Shown here one piece after another: positions 63,187 through 64,000 of a DNA stretch of 64,000 bases. How positions within the stretch are numbered: the first letter of the stretch is position 1; each line of letters opens with the position of its first letter. A model generated the notes under the pieces. That model was not told where the DNA came from and ran no database searches. It saw nothing but the letters and a program-made list of their open reading frames with translations. Both the position numbers and the translations under genes were made by a program. Origin of the DNA: Podarcis gaigeae (Eukaryota); assembly GCA_964106915.2 (NCBI GenBank), contig OZ066915.1; one strand, given 5' to 3'.

Positions 63187-63591
63187 GCCAATGTGTTGCA
63201 TGAGTCGTACTACTTCTATCAACAGAACAGGTTGCATTTTTCTGGCAAATCCTACGATAAAGCTACTCACTGATCTGCCTGCTTTCCAACTGTATAGCAG
63301 CAGCACGGGTTAATCAACCCATTAGTTAATCAACACAATATCCATAAAAGCAAGGAGGCCAAAAGATGGAACATCTGCAAAACCTTTTTTTTTATTATTT
63401 TAAAGCCAAGATTGTGCATCTTGTGGTCTATCCCTGTGCACTGGTGTTCAGCCTATGTCCTCTGCCAAGGCATACAAAAAGGTGGTACAGGGGAAGACGT
63501 GTGGGATTGAGGAAAACCACTAATATGCTTGCTGAGGGCTCTTTTGAAGATGTGCCCCCAGAATCAAAGCAAGTCAGCTTTCCTTCTATAC

Positions 63592-63703
63592 CTTCTGGAG
63601 AAGAGATGGTAGAAGAGAGAGGTGTCCCTGTACATGAAGACTGGTCTATTGCTCCTGAGGAGGATAAGGTAAGGTTTTCACTTTCTGGCGTCACACCACA
63701 TTC
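63592..63703 (-). CDS. RNF157: RNF157 internal exon (ECGVTPESENLTLSSSGAIDQSSCTGTPLSSTISSPE)
   Basis: Peptide essentially identical to human RNF157 as recalled. tttttcag| acceptor, G|GTATAG donor, 112 nt, phase 0 to 1. RNF157 is the known neighbour of FOXJ1. Confidence 0.93.
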
Positions 63704-64000
63704 CTGAAAAAAATGATGATCAGATGTTAAGATGGAAACATAATTTCCAGTGATGGAAATACTGCCATAAATTGTGTGCTTAGCCTTGCCATTACAGATA
63801 GGCAAAGTCCCCCAAACCTGCTTCAGATTAATGGACTTAAGAGTTGAGGTCTTCTGAAAACAAATGAGAAAGCTCTCAGGTCATTTTACCAAGGCAATCA
63901 AAGTTCCAAAAAAATTAACCCCTTAAAACAGGAAGTGATCTAGTTCCTTGGCAGTGCTCCAACAATTTCTGGTCAAGAAAGGCTTTGCTGAATCTCTCCT

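Overview
Vertebrate genomic DNA, most likely a squamate reptile; Sauria SINEs, BovB and a (CTT)n-tailed CORE-type SINE point to a lacertid-like lizard (inference). Two genes lie in tandem on the minus strand. (1) The complete FOXJ1 gene, the master regulator of motile ciliogenesis: a predicted non-coding exon 1 ending at 40179, and coding exons 38712/38679-38191 and 31044-30226, giving about 446/435 aa. (2) The 3' end of RNF157, an MGRN1-paralogous RING E3 ligase: six exons from 63703 to 47278, two of them absent from the ORF track. The last RNF157 intron also holds a 41-nt stop-containing cassette exon (AAVPESCPISIEE*) that parallels the short alternative C-terminus of MGRN1. The left ~29 kb has no recognisable protein-coding exon. 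It carries many TE remnants (L2, L1, CR1, BovB with nested insertions, SINEs, Tc1/mariner and hAT MITEs), an orphan CpG-rich island, and a compact p53/p73-family + MYB + RFX + forkhead motif cluster that looks like a distal FOXJ1 enhancer. No wholly new gene system is demonstrable. The best leads are the RNF157 C-terminal splice switch, the candidate ciliogenesis regulatory modules and a TSD-flanked foldback insertion. All homologies were recognised from memory, not by database search.
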